From the human T2T-CHM13v2.0 reference genome, Homo sapiens, in NCBI RefSeq assembly GCF_009914755.1, contig NC_060931.1: DNA of 64,000 bases; one strand, 5' to 3'. Shown in pieces: positions 1 to 17,812 of this stretch (within the stretch, counting starts at the first letter, position 1; every line of letters starts with the position of its first letter). The position numbers and the translations under genes were made by a program. The notes under the pieces were generated by a model. The model worked only from the letters and a program-made list of their open reading frames with translations, did not search any database and was not told the origin of the DNA.

Positions 1-846
1 TTTCTGGCCCTGCACTGGTGCTTTATGCGGGTGCCTTTCACACATATTTTGGGAGGTCCTGCTGGGACAAGGTGGTATTCTAGAGGAACTAGGGTTACAG
101 CAGAGTGCAGACAGAGGAGGCATCTCATTTAGTCTTCATAGCTAGGAGGTTGACGCTAGAGCCCACCTTACAGAGGGGGAGACTGAGGCTCGGTGTGAGT
201 GATGTGTTAATACTCTGTGTCCCAGGGCTAGCAGGTGGTCGTGGCCTCAGCCCTCAGGGATGGACCTGCCAGCCCCTTTCCAGGCGTTGGCACCCAAGCC
301 AGGTATCCACCAGGTATCCACACTTACTCATGCCACTAGTCATGCTGGGCTGGGAACACGTCCAGGCTCCTGGGAGTCTCTGAGGGTTCACCAGAGGTCA
401 CTGAGTGCTACTTCTGCACCAGAATGGGCTTTTCTCAAACTCTCCCTCACACGGTTCCCGAAGCCTGGCCTGGGCCAGCACCGGCAGTTCCAGGGTGAAT
501 CGGAGTGGAAGCTGGGGTCTGCTGGGGGAGGCAGGGGAAATAGCAGACCCCTTCATCTGGAGGCAGGTGTCCCAGGGCAGGTGGAGGGGTGGCAGATAGT
601 TGCAGAGAGGCGGGTGGCTGGGGACAGTGCCCAGGAGTCAGCCTTCAGGGTCTTAGGCAGCATGTGGGCCATGGGAAAGTGCCGCCTCATTCAAGTCCCT
701 GTACCCGCCTGACTAGCCATGGGAATCTGAGCCTTCACTTCCTTACCGCCAAGATGGACAAGCACACCTGCCTCACCATGTGATCTGAATATGGGAAAAG
801 ATGGGCAGTGCTAGGTTAGCTGGGAGGACTATTTTCCGCCAATTGC

Positions 847-882
<36 letters not shown>

Positions 883-895
883 AGATGGAATTTAG

Positions 896-988
<93 letters not shown>

Positions 989-1713
989 TGAGTAGCTGAG
1001 ATTATAGGCGTGTGCCACAGCATCCAGCTAAATTTTTGTATTTGTAGGCACCCTAACACAATGAAAGTCCAGGCTGGTTGACCAGGCTGGTCTCGAACTC
1101 CTGGCCAGCCTCAAGTGATCCGCCCATCTTGACCTCCCAAAGTGCTGGGATTACAGGCGTGAGCCACCGCATTCAGCCGCCTTTCTTTTTGTCCTCGTTT
1201 GCAAATACAGAATGGACCTTAGTCTGCAAACTCAGAAGTGCGAGACATGTATTTTTATTTTTCTAAAATTGAACTGGACTCCTACCAAAAGCCCCCAATG
1301 CAGAGTGGCAGAAACTTTATCTGAGTCCATTTTGGATCATCATTTCCCTTGAGCTTGCACTAGGGCCTGGAACCTTCTGTGAGGCCCACTCAGTAGACAC
1401 TTCCACACCGCAGAGAGACTGAGCATGAGAAGGTCCGTGCTTGAAAAAGGCCTAACGGTGGGATCTCGGTGCAAAGATGGGAGAGTGGAAACCGAGTGGT
1501 GAAGAGATGACTGTGGCACCCAGCAGGGAATTCCCAGGAGGGTGAGGCTTCGGGAACTTTCCAGGGGGACAAACCCTGTTAAGAATGGCTCTAGGGCCTG
1601 GTGCTGTGGCTCACGCCTGTAATTCCAGCACTTTGGGAGGCCGAAGTAGGCAGATCACGAGGTCAGGAGTTCGAGACCAGCCTGGCCAACATGGTGAAAC
1701 CCCGTCTCTACTA

Positions 1714-1872
<159 letters not shown>

Positions 1873-2261
1873 TCAGAAAAAAAAAAAAAGAATGGCTCTA
1901 AACCAGGAACAGTGGTTCACCCCTGTAATCCTAGCACTTTGGGAGGCCAAGGTAGGAGGATCACTTGAGGCCAAGAGTTTGAGGCCAGCCTGGGCAACAT
2001 AACAAGACCCCGTCTCTACAAAAAAATTAAAAATTAGCCAGGCACGGTGGCACGCACCTGTAGTCTCAGCTACTCAGGAGGCCGAAGCAGGAGGATGGCT
2101 TGAGCCCAGGAGGTGGAGGTTGCAGTGAGCTGAGATTGTGCAACTGCACTCCAGCCTGGGTGACAGAGCATGACGCCATCTGGAAAAAATAAAAATAAAA
2201 AGAATGGCTCTGAGATTTTTTTAGGTCACTTATTGAAGGTTCCCATGGAAGCCTTTCCTAA

Positions 2262-2447
<186 letters not shown>

Positions 2448-3531
2448 TGAGTAGCTGGAATTACAGGTGTGCACCATGACACTCGGCTAATTTTTGTATT
2501 TTGAGTAGAGACGGGGTTTCACCATGTTGGCCAGGCTGATCTCAAACTTCTGACCTCAGGTGATCAGCCCGCCTCAGCCTCCCAGAGTGTTGGGATTACA
2601 GGCGTGAGCCACCGCACCTGGCTGAGATTGTGCTTTTTTGAAGATGAATCAGTCATTAAATTGCAAGAGCCCCACTGCACCCTAGAGCTGTGAGCCTCCC
2701 CAGTGTAGGGTGAGAGTACAGCCACTCCTGGACTGGTTTTGTTCTGGGTCAAAAGAGATGACTCAGGCCAGACGTGGTGGCTTATACCTATAATCCCAGC
2801 ATTTTGGGAGGCCAAGATGGGAAAATCACTTGAGCCCAGGAGTTTGAGACCAGCCTGGGTAACATAGCAAGATCCCATCCTGCAAAGACATTTTTTTAAA
2901 TTAGCCAGACATGGTGGGGACGAACGACTGTATTCCCAGCTACTCGGGAGGCTGAGGCGGGAGGATCCCTCGAGCCTAGGAGTTGGAGGCTGCAGGGAGC
3001 CATAATTCCAGTGTGTGTGACAGAGCGAGGTCTTGTCTCTAAAAAAGAGAGAGAGAGAGAGATAAGCCCAGAATGTCTTTAATATTTTCCCAGCTGAGGA
3101 CATCACGTTTGCCTTCAGTGCCTCAGTTTCCCCACTAAAATCTAGAGGCCCTGCCTGCTCTGACATGCTGAGTGGCGGGCAGGCGTCTAGCTTGAGAGGA
3201 AGGCATACTTGGACTTGGACCAAGCCTCAGAGGGCAGTGGGTGAATTTCAGGCCTCAGGTCAAGGGAGCTGTGGGCCAGGGGTTTCTGGGGGCCAGGGGT
3301 ACTAGAAAGCACCAGACTGAACTGGAGGGGACCTGGTGGGGGGCCTCGGGTTGCAGAGGGATGGGGGGACTGGGTCCCCCAACTCATACCAGAAGGAACT
3401 CCAGCCCTGCCCGCAAGGGGCTGAGACAACCCACGCTCGACCCTGGGGGCTGAACGCCATTGGTAGCTGGTAGCTCTATACTGCCCAACCAGGCCACACC
3501 CACCTGCCTGCAGCGGCACTGAATTAAATTA

Positions 3532-3711
<180 letters not shown>

Positions 3712-3714
3712 TTA

Positions 3715-3816
<102 letters not shown>

Positions 3817-3919
3817 TCACAAAAAAAGAAAGAAAAAAGAAAACCCAGGACAGCTAACGGGGGCTGTTCAGGATATGCTGGGAAGAAGCGGTGGTGACTA
3901 AGGCGGGAGAAACCCTCTA

Positions 3920-4120
<201 letters not shown>

Positions 4121-4295
4121 TTAGCTGGGCATGGTGGTGGGTGGTGGCGCTTGCCTGTAGTCCTAGCTACCCAGGAGGCTGAGGCAGGAGGGTCACTTGA
4201 GCCCAGGAGTTTGAGGCTGCAGCGAGCTATGATCACAAAGCTCACATCACCTCACTTCAACCTGAGTGACAGAGTAAGACCCTCTCTCTAAAAGA

Positions 4296-4299
4296 CACA

Positions 4300-4334
<35 letters not shown>
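4296..4334. repeat. (CA)n microsatellite at an Alu tail
   Basis: Seen directly. Confidence 0.95.
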
Positions 4335-4337
<3 letters not shown>

Positions 4338-4959
4338 AAAGAGAAATGCAAATATATGCCCATGGTAGAAATTTGGAAAATACAGAAATCTAACAACCCA
4401 GATGGCTGTTCATTTTTATGATGATACATTTCTTCCAGATTTCCCCCCAAGCTTATTAATTTTACATCTCACTGTTCTTCTTTCTATAAATTTACACATT
4501 TAACCTTAAAACATAAACATGTTCCCATGTCTTTAAAAAGCTCTGTTCCCTCTTCAGGCTGTATCATGGTTATGTAACTACCCTGTCCCCCAGTTATGGA
4601 CATTTGAGCAGCCCCTCACACCACAGACACCTAACACTCACGTCACACTTTTTTTTGAGACGGAGTCTCGCTCTGTCCCCCAGGCTGGACTGCAGTCGTG
4701 TGATCTCAACTCACCGTAACCTCCGCCTCCCGAGTTCAAGCAATTTTCCTGCCTCAGCCTCCCAAGTAGCTGGGATTACAGGTGCCCGCCACCATGCCAG
4801 GCTAATTTTCCTATTTTAGTAGAGACGGGGTTTTGCCATGTTGGCCAGGCTGGTCTCGAACTCCTGACCTCAGGCGATCCACCCGCCTCGGCTTCCCAAA
4901 CTGCTGGGATTACAGGTGTGAGCCACCATGCCTGACCACGTCATACTTACGATTTGCCG

Positions 4960-5095
4960 GTTACAAAGCCCACTCACGTTACCACGTCATCTCCCCAAGT
5001 AGCTGGCCTTATTGGAGGGGACTGAGGCTCAGAGAGATTAAGCAGCTTTCTCAAGGTCACACAGTAGTGTGGTAGAGATTTGAACCTAAGTCTTT
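4960..5095. mobile_element. MIR fragment (others at about 100-240, 700-800, 19630-19740, 20870-21020, 24250-24400, 36010-36110, 37700-37910, 48690-48830)
   Basis: MIR core: gactgaggctcagagagattaagcagctttctcaaggtcacacag..gatttgaacc. Confidence 0.65.
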
Positions 5096-5406
5096 ACCAT
5101 TTTATTATACTTCGGAACCCAGGGCAGGCTCTACCACTAGCCTAGGGCTTGTTGTGTGTCCCTGAAGTGGGTTGCAGCCACGCCCTCTTTCCCACCACCC
5201 CTCTGGTCTCATCCACACAGGGTGGCTCTTTGCTGTCCCCTCCTGGCTACCAGCAGCTATTACACTGGTCCTGCCTGTGTAAACCTTTAGGCTTGTAGTT
5301 AATCCTTTGAGTTCATTTATTTGTACAACAAAAATGTATGGAGGGCCAGGCGCAGTGGCTCACGCCTGTAATCCTAGCACTTTGGGAGGCTGAGGCAGGC
5401 GGATCA

Positions 5407-6003
<597 letters not shown>

Positions 6004-6052
6004 TCTAAAAGGATCACCTTTTAGAGGGCAGGAGAGAATGAACAAGAGTTGA

Positions 6053-6319
<267 letters not shown>

Positions 6320-6669
6320 TGATCCACCTGCCTCAGCCTCCCAAAGTGCTGGGATTACATATATGACCCACCACACCCAGCCAAGAGAGGGTTTTAGAGG
6401 TAGGAACAGCAGCTGCATGATCTTCAGCAGATTCAGTAGAGAGGGAAGTGAGCTGTGGGAGAGGAAGGAGGATGGGGGGAATGGCAAGAAAAGGAGCACC
6501 CTGCTTAGAAAGGGAACGGAGCTGGGTGTGGTGGCTCACGCCTGTAATCCAGCACTTTGGGAGGCCGAGGCAGTAGGATCACTTGAGCCCAGGAGTTTGA
6601 GACCAGCCACATAACAAGACTGCATCTCTATTTAAAAAAAAAAAAAAAAAAAAAAAAAGAAGGAGAAAG

Positions 6670-7015
<346 letters not shown>

Positions 7016-7344
7016 TCATGCAAGCTCCTGTCTGCCTGCTCCTTCTCTCAGGGAGGGACAGGGGAGGGTGATGAGTCAGTGGACTAAATGTCCCCATGGG
7101 GATGAAGGACAGTTGGGGTCAGGTTTCTAGAGGGAGGGCTGGAAGGAGGGAAGGAGATGGCCAGAGAAGGATGTGGGACACAGAGGTGCCGCCATGGATC
7201 ACCAAGAGGTTCAGGACTGGCCAGAGGGAGGAGAAGAGGTCAAGGTACGTGTGGGGCACTTGGATGACGCATCTGTGCCTGCACACAGCTGAAATCCCCA
7301 GGAAATAAGACGGGAGCAGGGTGGGTTTCTGCAGCCAAGGTGAG

Positions 7345-7457
7345 ACCAAAATGCCAGCTCACTGCCACCCTCAGTAAAGACTAACTTGCCCTTTCCCCCA
7401 ACTCCCCTCCCAGAAGTAGCTCACTCTCCTCTGCCTGCCACACATCGGGGGGTCAGG
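7345..7457 (+). repeat. Copy 2 of a ~114-bp direct duplication
   Basis: Matches 5890-6003; offset 1455 bp. Confidence 0.93.
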
Positions 7458-7882
7458 GAAAGCTCCCCCTCCCTGAGGAGCTGGTGTTCCCTAGGCCAGG
7501 GGCCAGTCCCTGCAGAGATTAGGAGCTGGGAAATCCCCTCCTCCCATCCCGCACGTCCACGCGTGCCAGACCCTGTGCTGTGGGCTTTTCACACACAGCC
7601 TCTTAGACGCTTAGCCTGTGAGGTGGGTGCTGTTGTCCTTCCTTCCCATTTTGTAACTGAGCAAACAGCCTGAAACAGACAAAAATCAGGTAGTTAGCAT
7701 GAGGCCAAAGCCACTCCCTGGTCTATGCTGTTCTGCGGCCTGAGCCTGGGGTGGCCAGGTGGGGTTGTGCAGTGAGGGGGGGATGGAGAATAGCCCCCAA
7801 AAATGCTGCCGGAATGGTAAAGGGCCTAGCCTGCAAAGCTAGTAACTTGAGCTTTATTTTGTGGCACTGGCGGTTTTTCCAG

Positions 7883-7935
7883 TCATTGTAATGATACGAT
7901 CAGATTTGCGCTGTCTTCAGGTTACCATGGTAACC
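7883..7935. promoter_or_regulatory. Candidate intronic enhancer core: SOX-type CATTGT plus a perfect RFX X-box palindrome
   Basis: GGTTACCATGGTAACC at 7920-7935 is its own reverse complement and fits GTTRCCATGGYAAC; TCATTGTAATGA at 7883-7894. Confidence 0.55.
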
Positions 7936-8227
7936 ATATTTCCACCCACCAAGGGTGGATTAGAGAAGGCAAAACTAGGGCAGAGAAGCCAGGGAGTGTT
8001 GAGAAGGTCTGAACCCAGGCAGTGGGCAGCTGGGCCCCACGATGGATGGGGTTAGGATCTAGAGGCAGCAGCAGGGTGTGAAGAGGGCGGAAGGTTCCGG
8101 AAGGGTGATGGTGGTGCTCGTCTCTAAGGCTGGGTCTGTGGGCTTGTGAGACACATCCAGGGGCCCATAGTGAAACCTGAGTGGTATTTAGTGCAGGCAG
8201 GGTGGCAGGCAGGCTGGGGGCCTCTCA

Positions 8228-9036
<809 letters not shown>

Positions 9037-10603
9037 TCACTGGAGGCATTTAAGCAGAGGTTGAGCTGCCACTCACTAGAGAGGCCGCTTCCTATAGGGC
9101 TTGCTGCAGGAGAGGAGAAAGGGACAAGAGAGCCCTGCCGGTTTTGGAGGGGCTGTGGGGAGGACTAAAACCAAGGAGGGGCCCCTCTACCCACCAAATC
9201 CACTTCTCTTTGCTGCCCCGCCACCAGCTCCCCACAGCTCCTCCCTGCGTATGGGCCCAGCCACCCTTCTCCAGTTCCCTTTTGGGCAAACACGAGGGCT
9301 CTCCCCGGACCCAGGCCAGCTTCCGCTCCTTTTAGTTCTCCTCTCACCCTGGGGGTACAGCAGTCCCTGCCAGCTTGAGGGGACTGTGGGAAGGCAGCGC
9401 CCCACCTCTCCTTCCCCAGAGCAGGGGCTCCAGACCCCAGGGATGTGGCAGAGCTGCCAACTTCCTGTGTGACTCCAGCAAGTCAGGCTTGCCTACCTGG
9501 GCCTCAGTTTCCCTACTTGTAAAATGAGAAGAATTGCCCACGCCACGTCTGCCTCCCCTGGGGCCACCCTGGAGTGCATGACCAGGTGAGAAGGAGGGAT
9601 GGGCTGTCATGAGTGGGAGGTGGTGAGGCAGAGAGACTGGCCAGGATGGAGCGGGGACAGCCTGGGAGGCCTGGCTTTGCAGCATGGACAGGGCCCTTCA
9701 GGCCTGGCCCTGGTAAGCTCTTCTGCTGACGTCCCCATAGCGGAGGAACCCGTACAGCCCCACTGGTCGGGGCCAAGCTCTTGGCGGGCTCCAGTTTTAT
9801 CTAGGACATCCCCACATCGTCTCCTCTGTAAACGTTCCACTTTCATCTCAGTTTAAGGAACTATGTCAAATTACATGCTGCTAGCTGGGCACAGTGGCTC
9901 ACGCCTGTAATCCCAGCACTTTGGGAGGCCAAGGCAGGAGGGTCACTTGCATCCAGGAGTTCGAAACCAGCCTGGGAAACATAAAGAGATCCTGTCTCGA
10001 CAAAAAATAAAAAATTAGCCAGGCATGGTGGCGTGTGCCTATAGTCCCAGCTACTCAGGAGGCTGAGGTGGGAGGATCCCTTGACCCTGGGAGTTGGAGG
10101 CTGTAGTGGGCTATGATTTTGTCATTGTACTCCAGCCTGGGCAACAGAGTGAGACCTTGTCTCAAAAAAAAAAAATTACATGCCACCGAGGAAGATCATT
10201 CCACTTACACTCACCTCTCACCCCCACCAGAATTGTTTGAGGCCCATTTTGAGAAGCTCAGCTGTGGGTGAAATGCCTGCCAGGCACAGGGCTGTGATCC
10301 CTTTTCAGGGGGTACAAGTGGAGAAAAGCCAGAAGCCTCAAATACAGTAGCACCACTTGTCATTGTCCTCTTTGATCTCCTGCTAAGCCTCTCTCTTCTG
10401 TGGGGTCTCCTGTCACCCAGTGGGTGCTATGGTGGGATGGGCTTCCTGGAGAGGATGACCTGAGCCAGGCCTGGATGCTAGTGTAGGACTGACCTCTGCA
10501 GAGGGTACTGGGGTGGACATGGGGAGGGACTGAAGAGCGGCAGGCACAGGAACAGGTCCCTTTTTGCCTTCTCAGGAAGAAGTACCATCACTTCTGAGCT
10601 GTG

Positions 10604-10826
10604 TGATCTTGGATAAGTTAACCTACTATCTCTGATCTTGGATAAGTTAACTTGCTATCTCTGATCTTGGATAAGTTAACTTGCTACCTGTGATCTTGGA
10701 TAAGTTAACTTACCATCTCTGATCTAGATAAGTCAACTTACTATCTCTGATCTTGGATAAGTTAACTTGCTTGTCTCTGATTTTAGATAAGTTAACTTAC
10801 TGTCTTTGATCTTGGATGAGTTAACT
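10604..10826. repeat. Minisatellite, about 7.7 copies of a 28-30 bp unit (TGATCTTGGATAAGTTAACTTRCTATCTC)
   Basis: Units start at 10604, 10633, 10662, 10691, 10720, 10748, 10778 and 10807. Confidence 0.95.
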
Positions 10827-12305
10827 GTCTTTGGGTCTCCATTTCTTTGACGTGATACAGAACAAGGACATCCTCCATGATCCTCCCTTCTGCTGCCCAA
10901 GACTTGAGAGTCATTTCCTTGTCGCCAATCACACACAGGCACACACCCTCTGGCCCCTGCCTCCCTCTCTCAGCCTTCCCCACCCCCTCTCTACCCTTCC
11001 AACTCTGTCTTGAGCTCTTGAAAGCTCAAAATAAAGCCACCCTTTCTCAAGTTTCTAAAGATATCACAATTCCAGCGCCAGCCACATGTTTCTCCACTGA
11101 ATTATCTCTGCTTGTCTTTGTTAATTAGGGTTCAGTAATGATCTCCCTTCTGCCTTCCCAGGGAGAGCTGGCATCTGCGGGGCGGGGCTTGGAGGCCTTT
11201 GTGGGCAGACGAGACGCCCTACTGCCGGGCCCAGAGTTGGCCCGACGCCTCCTTTCTTCTGAAGTGGCAGAGTGGGCCATGAAATGATGGCATGTTGGGG
11301 AGACCCTGCCCTTTTCTGGCTGGTGGGGACTTAGCTGGGGTCATTGCAACACCATTCTGCCCCCCAACCTTCCACACGTCGGGGAAGGGAACTCCAAGGT
11401 TTTTAGCCTTTATTAGATGGGCTTCCAGGCTGGGTGCGGTTGCTTACACTTGTCATCCCAGCACTGTGGGAAGTTGAGGCAGGCGGATTGCTTGAGCAAT
11501 CCTGGAGTTCGAGACCAGCCTGGGCAACATGGCAAAATCCCATCTTGACAAAAAATGAGCCAGGCATGAGGGCACATGCCTGTAGTCCCAGCTACTCAGG
11601 AGGTTAAGGCAAGAGGCTCACTTGAGCCCAGGAGGTTGAGGCTGTGGTGAGCCGTGATCGTGCCACTGCCCACCAGCCTGGGCAACAGAGCAAGACCTTC
11701 TCTCAAAAAAAAAAAAAACGATTAAAATTTAAAATAGACAGGGGCTTTCCGGACCCGAAAGGGAGCAGGGTTGGGGGCGCCTTTAGAGTCTTTTGCAACA
11801 TCCCAGAAAGCCTCCCAGAAACCCTTTCCCCAGCGAAGACCACCCAAGCTGACAAGAGCAACCAGCACCTTTATTTGGGCTGGAATGAGATCAGCACCGA
11901 GGGGTCGCCAGGCACCTTGTGCAGAACAGAAGCTGATGCGTGTGTCTGAGCCATAGAAGTAGAGCAGGGGCAGGGTGGTAACCATGGCTCAGCACATGTG
12001 GTTTACTGGGTGTACCCGATCCTTCCAGCCTTGTGGGGAGGGGTGTGGGGACAAAAGAGGAGGGAGGTGGAGGTTGGGGGCCATGCAGGCCTAGCCCTCT
12101 AAGAACCTTCGTGTCATGGAGAGGGCTCAGCACCACCCACAGCAGACTTCGTGTGGCCCCAACAGAGGCCTTGGGGGCGCAGGTGCAGTCACTCATTTGT
12201 GCACAGGCCCAGGTGTCTCACTGGGGCCAGCACTGTGCCAGATACTGGTCTTTTATTATTATTTCATTATTCTTTTTGTTTGTTTCTGTTTTGTTTTGTC
12301 TTTGA

Positions 12306-12410
<105 letters not shown>

Positions 12411-12453
12411 TGAGCATCTGGGATTACAGGCATGCACCACCACACCAAGCTAA

Positions 12454-12594
<141 letters not shown>

Positions 12595-13206
12595 TGAGCC
12601 CGGCCTCATTATTCTTATTTAATATTTTTGTAGGACAGCATCTTGCTTCATTGCCCAGGCTGGTCTAGAACTCCTGGCTTCAAGGGATCTCACCGCCTTG
12701 GTTTCCCAAAGTGCTGGGATTACAGGCGTGAGCCACTACACCGGGCCTAGATACTGGAATTTTTTTTTTTTTTTTTTTTTAAGGCAGGGTCTCTCTCTGT
12801 CACTCAGGCTGGAGTGCAGTAGCACGATCACGGCTCACTGCATCCTCGACCTCCCTAAGCTCAAGTGATCCTCCTGCCTCAGCCTCCCAAGTAGCTGGGA
12901 CTGGAGGCGTGCACCACCGTGCCAGGCTAATTTTTGTATTTTTTTGTAGAGACGGGGTTTTGCCATGTTTCCCAGGCTGGTCTGGAACTCCTGGGCTCAA
13001 GTAATCCACACACCTCTAACTTCCAAAGTACTGGGATTACAGATGTGAGCCACCGTGCCCGGCCTATGCTGGACTTTTAATCAACACTGATTAAAAAAAA
13101 AAAAAAACCCGGCTGAGTGCAGTGGTTCACGTCTGTAATCCCAGCACTTCGGGAGGCTGAGGTGGGCGGATCACCTAAGGTCAGGAGTTTGAGACCAGCC
13201 TGGCTA

Positions 13207-13423
<217 letters not shown>

Positions 13424-13519
13424 TCACGGAGCCTACATGGTGGGGCGGGGGGATAAACAGAAAATCTGCAAAGCGTAAACCATGGGAGCAATTGTATTTA
13501 TTTTTAGGAGATTGCAACA

Positions 13520-14195
13520 TTATTTAGGTGATGACCAGAAGGAGGCCTTAGTTTTAAAGGCCTGAAGGGGCAGCAGGGAACAGCATTGCAGGCAGAGAGA
13601 ACAGCAGCTGCAAAGCCCCTGAGGTCACCTGCCAAGGTATCAGAGGAAGGTCAGGGGAAGTGAGAGATGAGATGGAGATGGACAGGGAAGATGGTACATG
13701 GCCAGATAAGGATTTTGACTTTTGCTCAGAGTGAGCTTAGAGTCGGTGCAGTTCTGAGCAGAGGGTAACAGGATCCAGCTTGTTTTAACAGAATCCCTCT
13801 GGTTGCTGGCTTGAGGACAGACAAGGGTGGAGAGACATAAGGAGGTTGTAATAATCCAGGCGACGCCTGTGGCGGCAGTGGGGTGGTGAGTCACCCACTC
13901 TTAGGTGAGTTGGCTGAAGCCAACAGAATGTGCTGATATAAGCTGTGAGAAAATGAGGAGCTGACTTTGACTTCAGAGGTTCAGGCTGAACTTGGGGAAG
14001 GACGGAGGTGCTGTGGGTGGAGACAGGGAAGATGCAGGAGAAGCTGGTGGGGCAGGAGGTGGCGGATCAGGCGTGTTCAATCTGGGGTCTCATCCAGTCG
14101 AAGTTGGAAGCAAGTTGGGGCTCAGGGGAGCAGTCCAGGCTTGAGATATGATTTGGGGAATCATGAATTTATAACTGGTATTTCAAGCCTTAAAA
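13520..14195. mobile_element. Degraded L2 LINE segment
   Basis: Purine-rich L2-like phrases (gcaggcagagagaacagc..gcaaagcccctgagg..ggattttgacttt..ataatccagg). Confidence 0.5.
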
Positions 14196-14474
14196 CAGGC
14201 CGGGTCCAGTGGCTCACGCCAGCACTCTGGAAGGCTGAGACAGAAGGGTCACTTGAGCCCAGGAGTTCGAGACAAGCCTGGGCAACATAGCAAGACCCCA
14301 TCTCTAAAAAAAAAAAAATAGCTGCACGTAGTGCACACCTGTGGTCCCAGCTACTAGGGAGGCTGAGGTGGGAGGATGACTTGAGCTCAGGAGGTCAGGC
14401 TGCAGTGAGCCACGATTGTGCCACTGAACTCCAGCGTGGGAAACAGAGTGAGACCCTGTCTCAAAAAAATAAAT

Positions 14475-15161
<687 letters not shown>

Positions 15162-17155
15162 TGATCTGCCCACTTTGGCCTTCCAAAGTGCTGGGATTAC
15201 AGGTGTGAGCCACTGAGCACGGCCCCCTGTTTTAAGGATTAAATGAATGAATCCATGCAAAGATCAAAGAGCAGTGCCTGGCACAGAAGAGCTCAGATTC
15301 TCTGAGTTACCAAGTGCCCGTGATGGGTTGGGCATTTTTTTTATTTGTTTGTTTGTTTTGAGATGGAGTCTTGCTCTGTCGCCCAGGCTGGAGTGCAGTG
15401 GCGCAATCTCGGCTCACTGCAAGCTCTGCCTCCTGAGTTCAAGCAATTCTCCTGCCTCAGCCTCCTGAGTAGCTGTGACTACAAGCGTGCACCACCTATC
15501 CCAGCTAATTTTTTGTATTTTTAGTAGAGACGGGATTTCGCCATGTTGGCCAGACTAGTCTTGAACTCCTGGCCTCAAGCGATCCACCCGCCTCAGCCTC
15601 CCAAAGTGGTGGGATTACAGGCGTGAGCCACCGCGCCCAGCTGGGTTCAGTAATTCTTAGCATATTGCCAATTTTCCCTGCTTTCTCTCTCACACACACG
15701 CGCACACACATAATTTCTCTTTCTTTTTCTCTATTTGAAGTAAGGTGCAAACATCTTGACTCTTCGTGCCTAAATGTTTCAATGCACATCTCCTAAGAAA
15801 ACACTGTTATCTTACATACTCACAATAGCATCATCGTACTTATACAACTTAATAATTCCCTGTCATCTAATACATGGTCTTTATTCAAATTTCCAAAACT
15901 GTCTTCTATGCCTGTTCTCCTCCATGATATAATCATTTTTCACTGGTTGATTTCTTTTTTAATTTTTTTTTTTTTTAAAGACAGTCTCCCTCTTGCCCAG
16001 GCAGGAGTGCAGTGGCACAGTCATAGCTTACTGCAGCCTGGACCTTCTAGGCTCAAACCATCCTTACCACCTCAGCCCCTCGAGTGGCTAGGACTACAAG
16101 CACACGTGCTACCATGCCCAGCTCATATTTTATTTTTTACTTTTGTAGAGATAGGCTGGAGTGCAGTGACACTATCACATAGCTCACTGTAACCTCCAAC
16201 TCCTGGGCTCAAACAATCCTCCCGCATCAGCCTCCCAAGTAGCTGGGACTATAGCTGGGTGCCACTGTACCAGCTACTTTTAAATTTTTTGTAGACAGAG
16301 TCTCTCTATGTTACCCAAGGCTGGTCTCCAACTCCTGCCCTCAAGTGATCCTCCTGTCTCGGCCTCCCAAAGTGCTGAGATTATAGGTGTGAGCCACCAC
16401 GCCAGGCTCACGGGTTAATTTTTTAAAAATTATTTTATTGCATGTAATGTTTGCCTAAACAAAAATTATTTCATTTTGCTTATAATTTTACTTTCTTTTT
16501 TTTGAGACGGAGTCTCGCACTGTCGCCCAGGCTGGAGTGAAGTAGTGTGATCTTGGCTCACTGCAACCTCCACCTCCCAGGTTCAAGTGATTCTCCTGCC
16601 TCACTCAGCCTTCCGAGTAGCTGGGACTATAGGTGCCCGCCACCACGCCCAGCTAATTTTTTGTAGAGACGGGGTTTCACTGTGTTAGCCAGGATGGTCT
16701 CCATCTCCTGACCTCACGATCCACCCGCCTCAGCCTCCCAAAATGCTGGGATTACAGGCATGAGCCACCGCGCCCAGCCTATAATTTTACTTTTATGACA
16801 AAGGCGTGTTATTGAATAGAGTCTGGGACTTGCTGTTTTCCACTTAGCTTTGGTTGACATAATGCTGAAGTGTGTAGCTGTAGCTTCTTAGTTCTCATGG
16901 CTCTATAATCTTCCATTGAGTGGAATTTTACCATGATGCAATTCCTCTCTCTCCCCTCCTTGGGGATTGGGCTGCTTCCATTGTTTTGCTGTTACTAAGA
17001 ATGCAATTAACACTTATAGCCGGGCACGATGGCTCATGTCTGTAAACCCAGCACTGTGGCAGGCCACGACGGGAGGATCCCTTGAGCTCAGGAGTTTGAG
17101 ACCAGCCTGGGCAACATGGCAAGACCCCATCTCTACTAAAAATACAAAAAAATTA

Positions 17156-17458
<303 letters not shown>

Positions 17459-17605
17459 CTACAAAAATGTTAAAATTAGCCAGACGTGGTGGTATGCACC
17501 TGTAGGCCCATGTACTCAGGAGACTGCGGCAGGAGGATGAGGTCAAGGCTGCAGTGAGCTAGGATCGCACTACTGCATGGGTGACAAAATGAGACTACAT
17601 CTCTA

Positions 17606-17812
<207 letters not shown>

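Noticed and set aside
1141-1160. GGATTA, the reported GTF2IRD1 binding core, recurring throughout the window
   Set aside because: It is part of the Alu consensus (gctgggattacagg), so its abundance says nothing specific about autoregulation.
10604-10826. Palindromic ~29-bp repeats resembling a CRISPR array
   Set aside because: Units are contiguous with no unique spacers, there are no cas genes, and the context is a primate intron.
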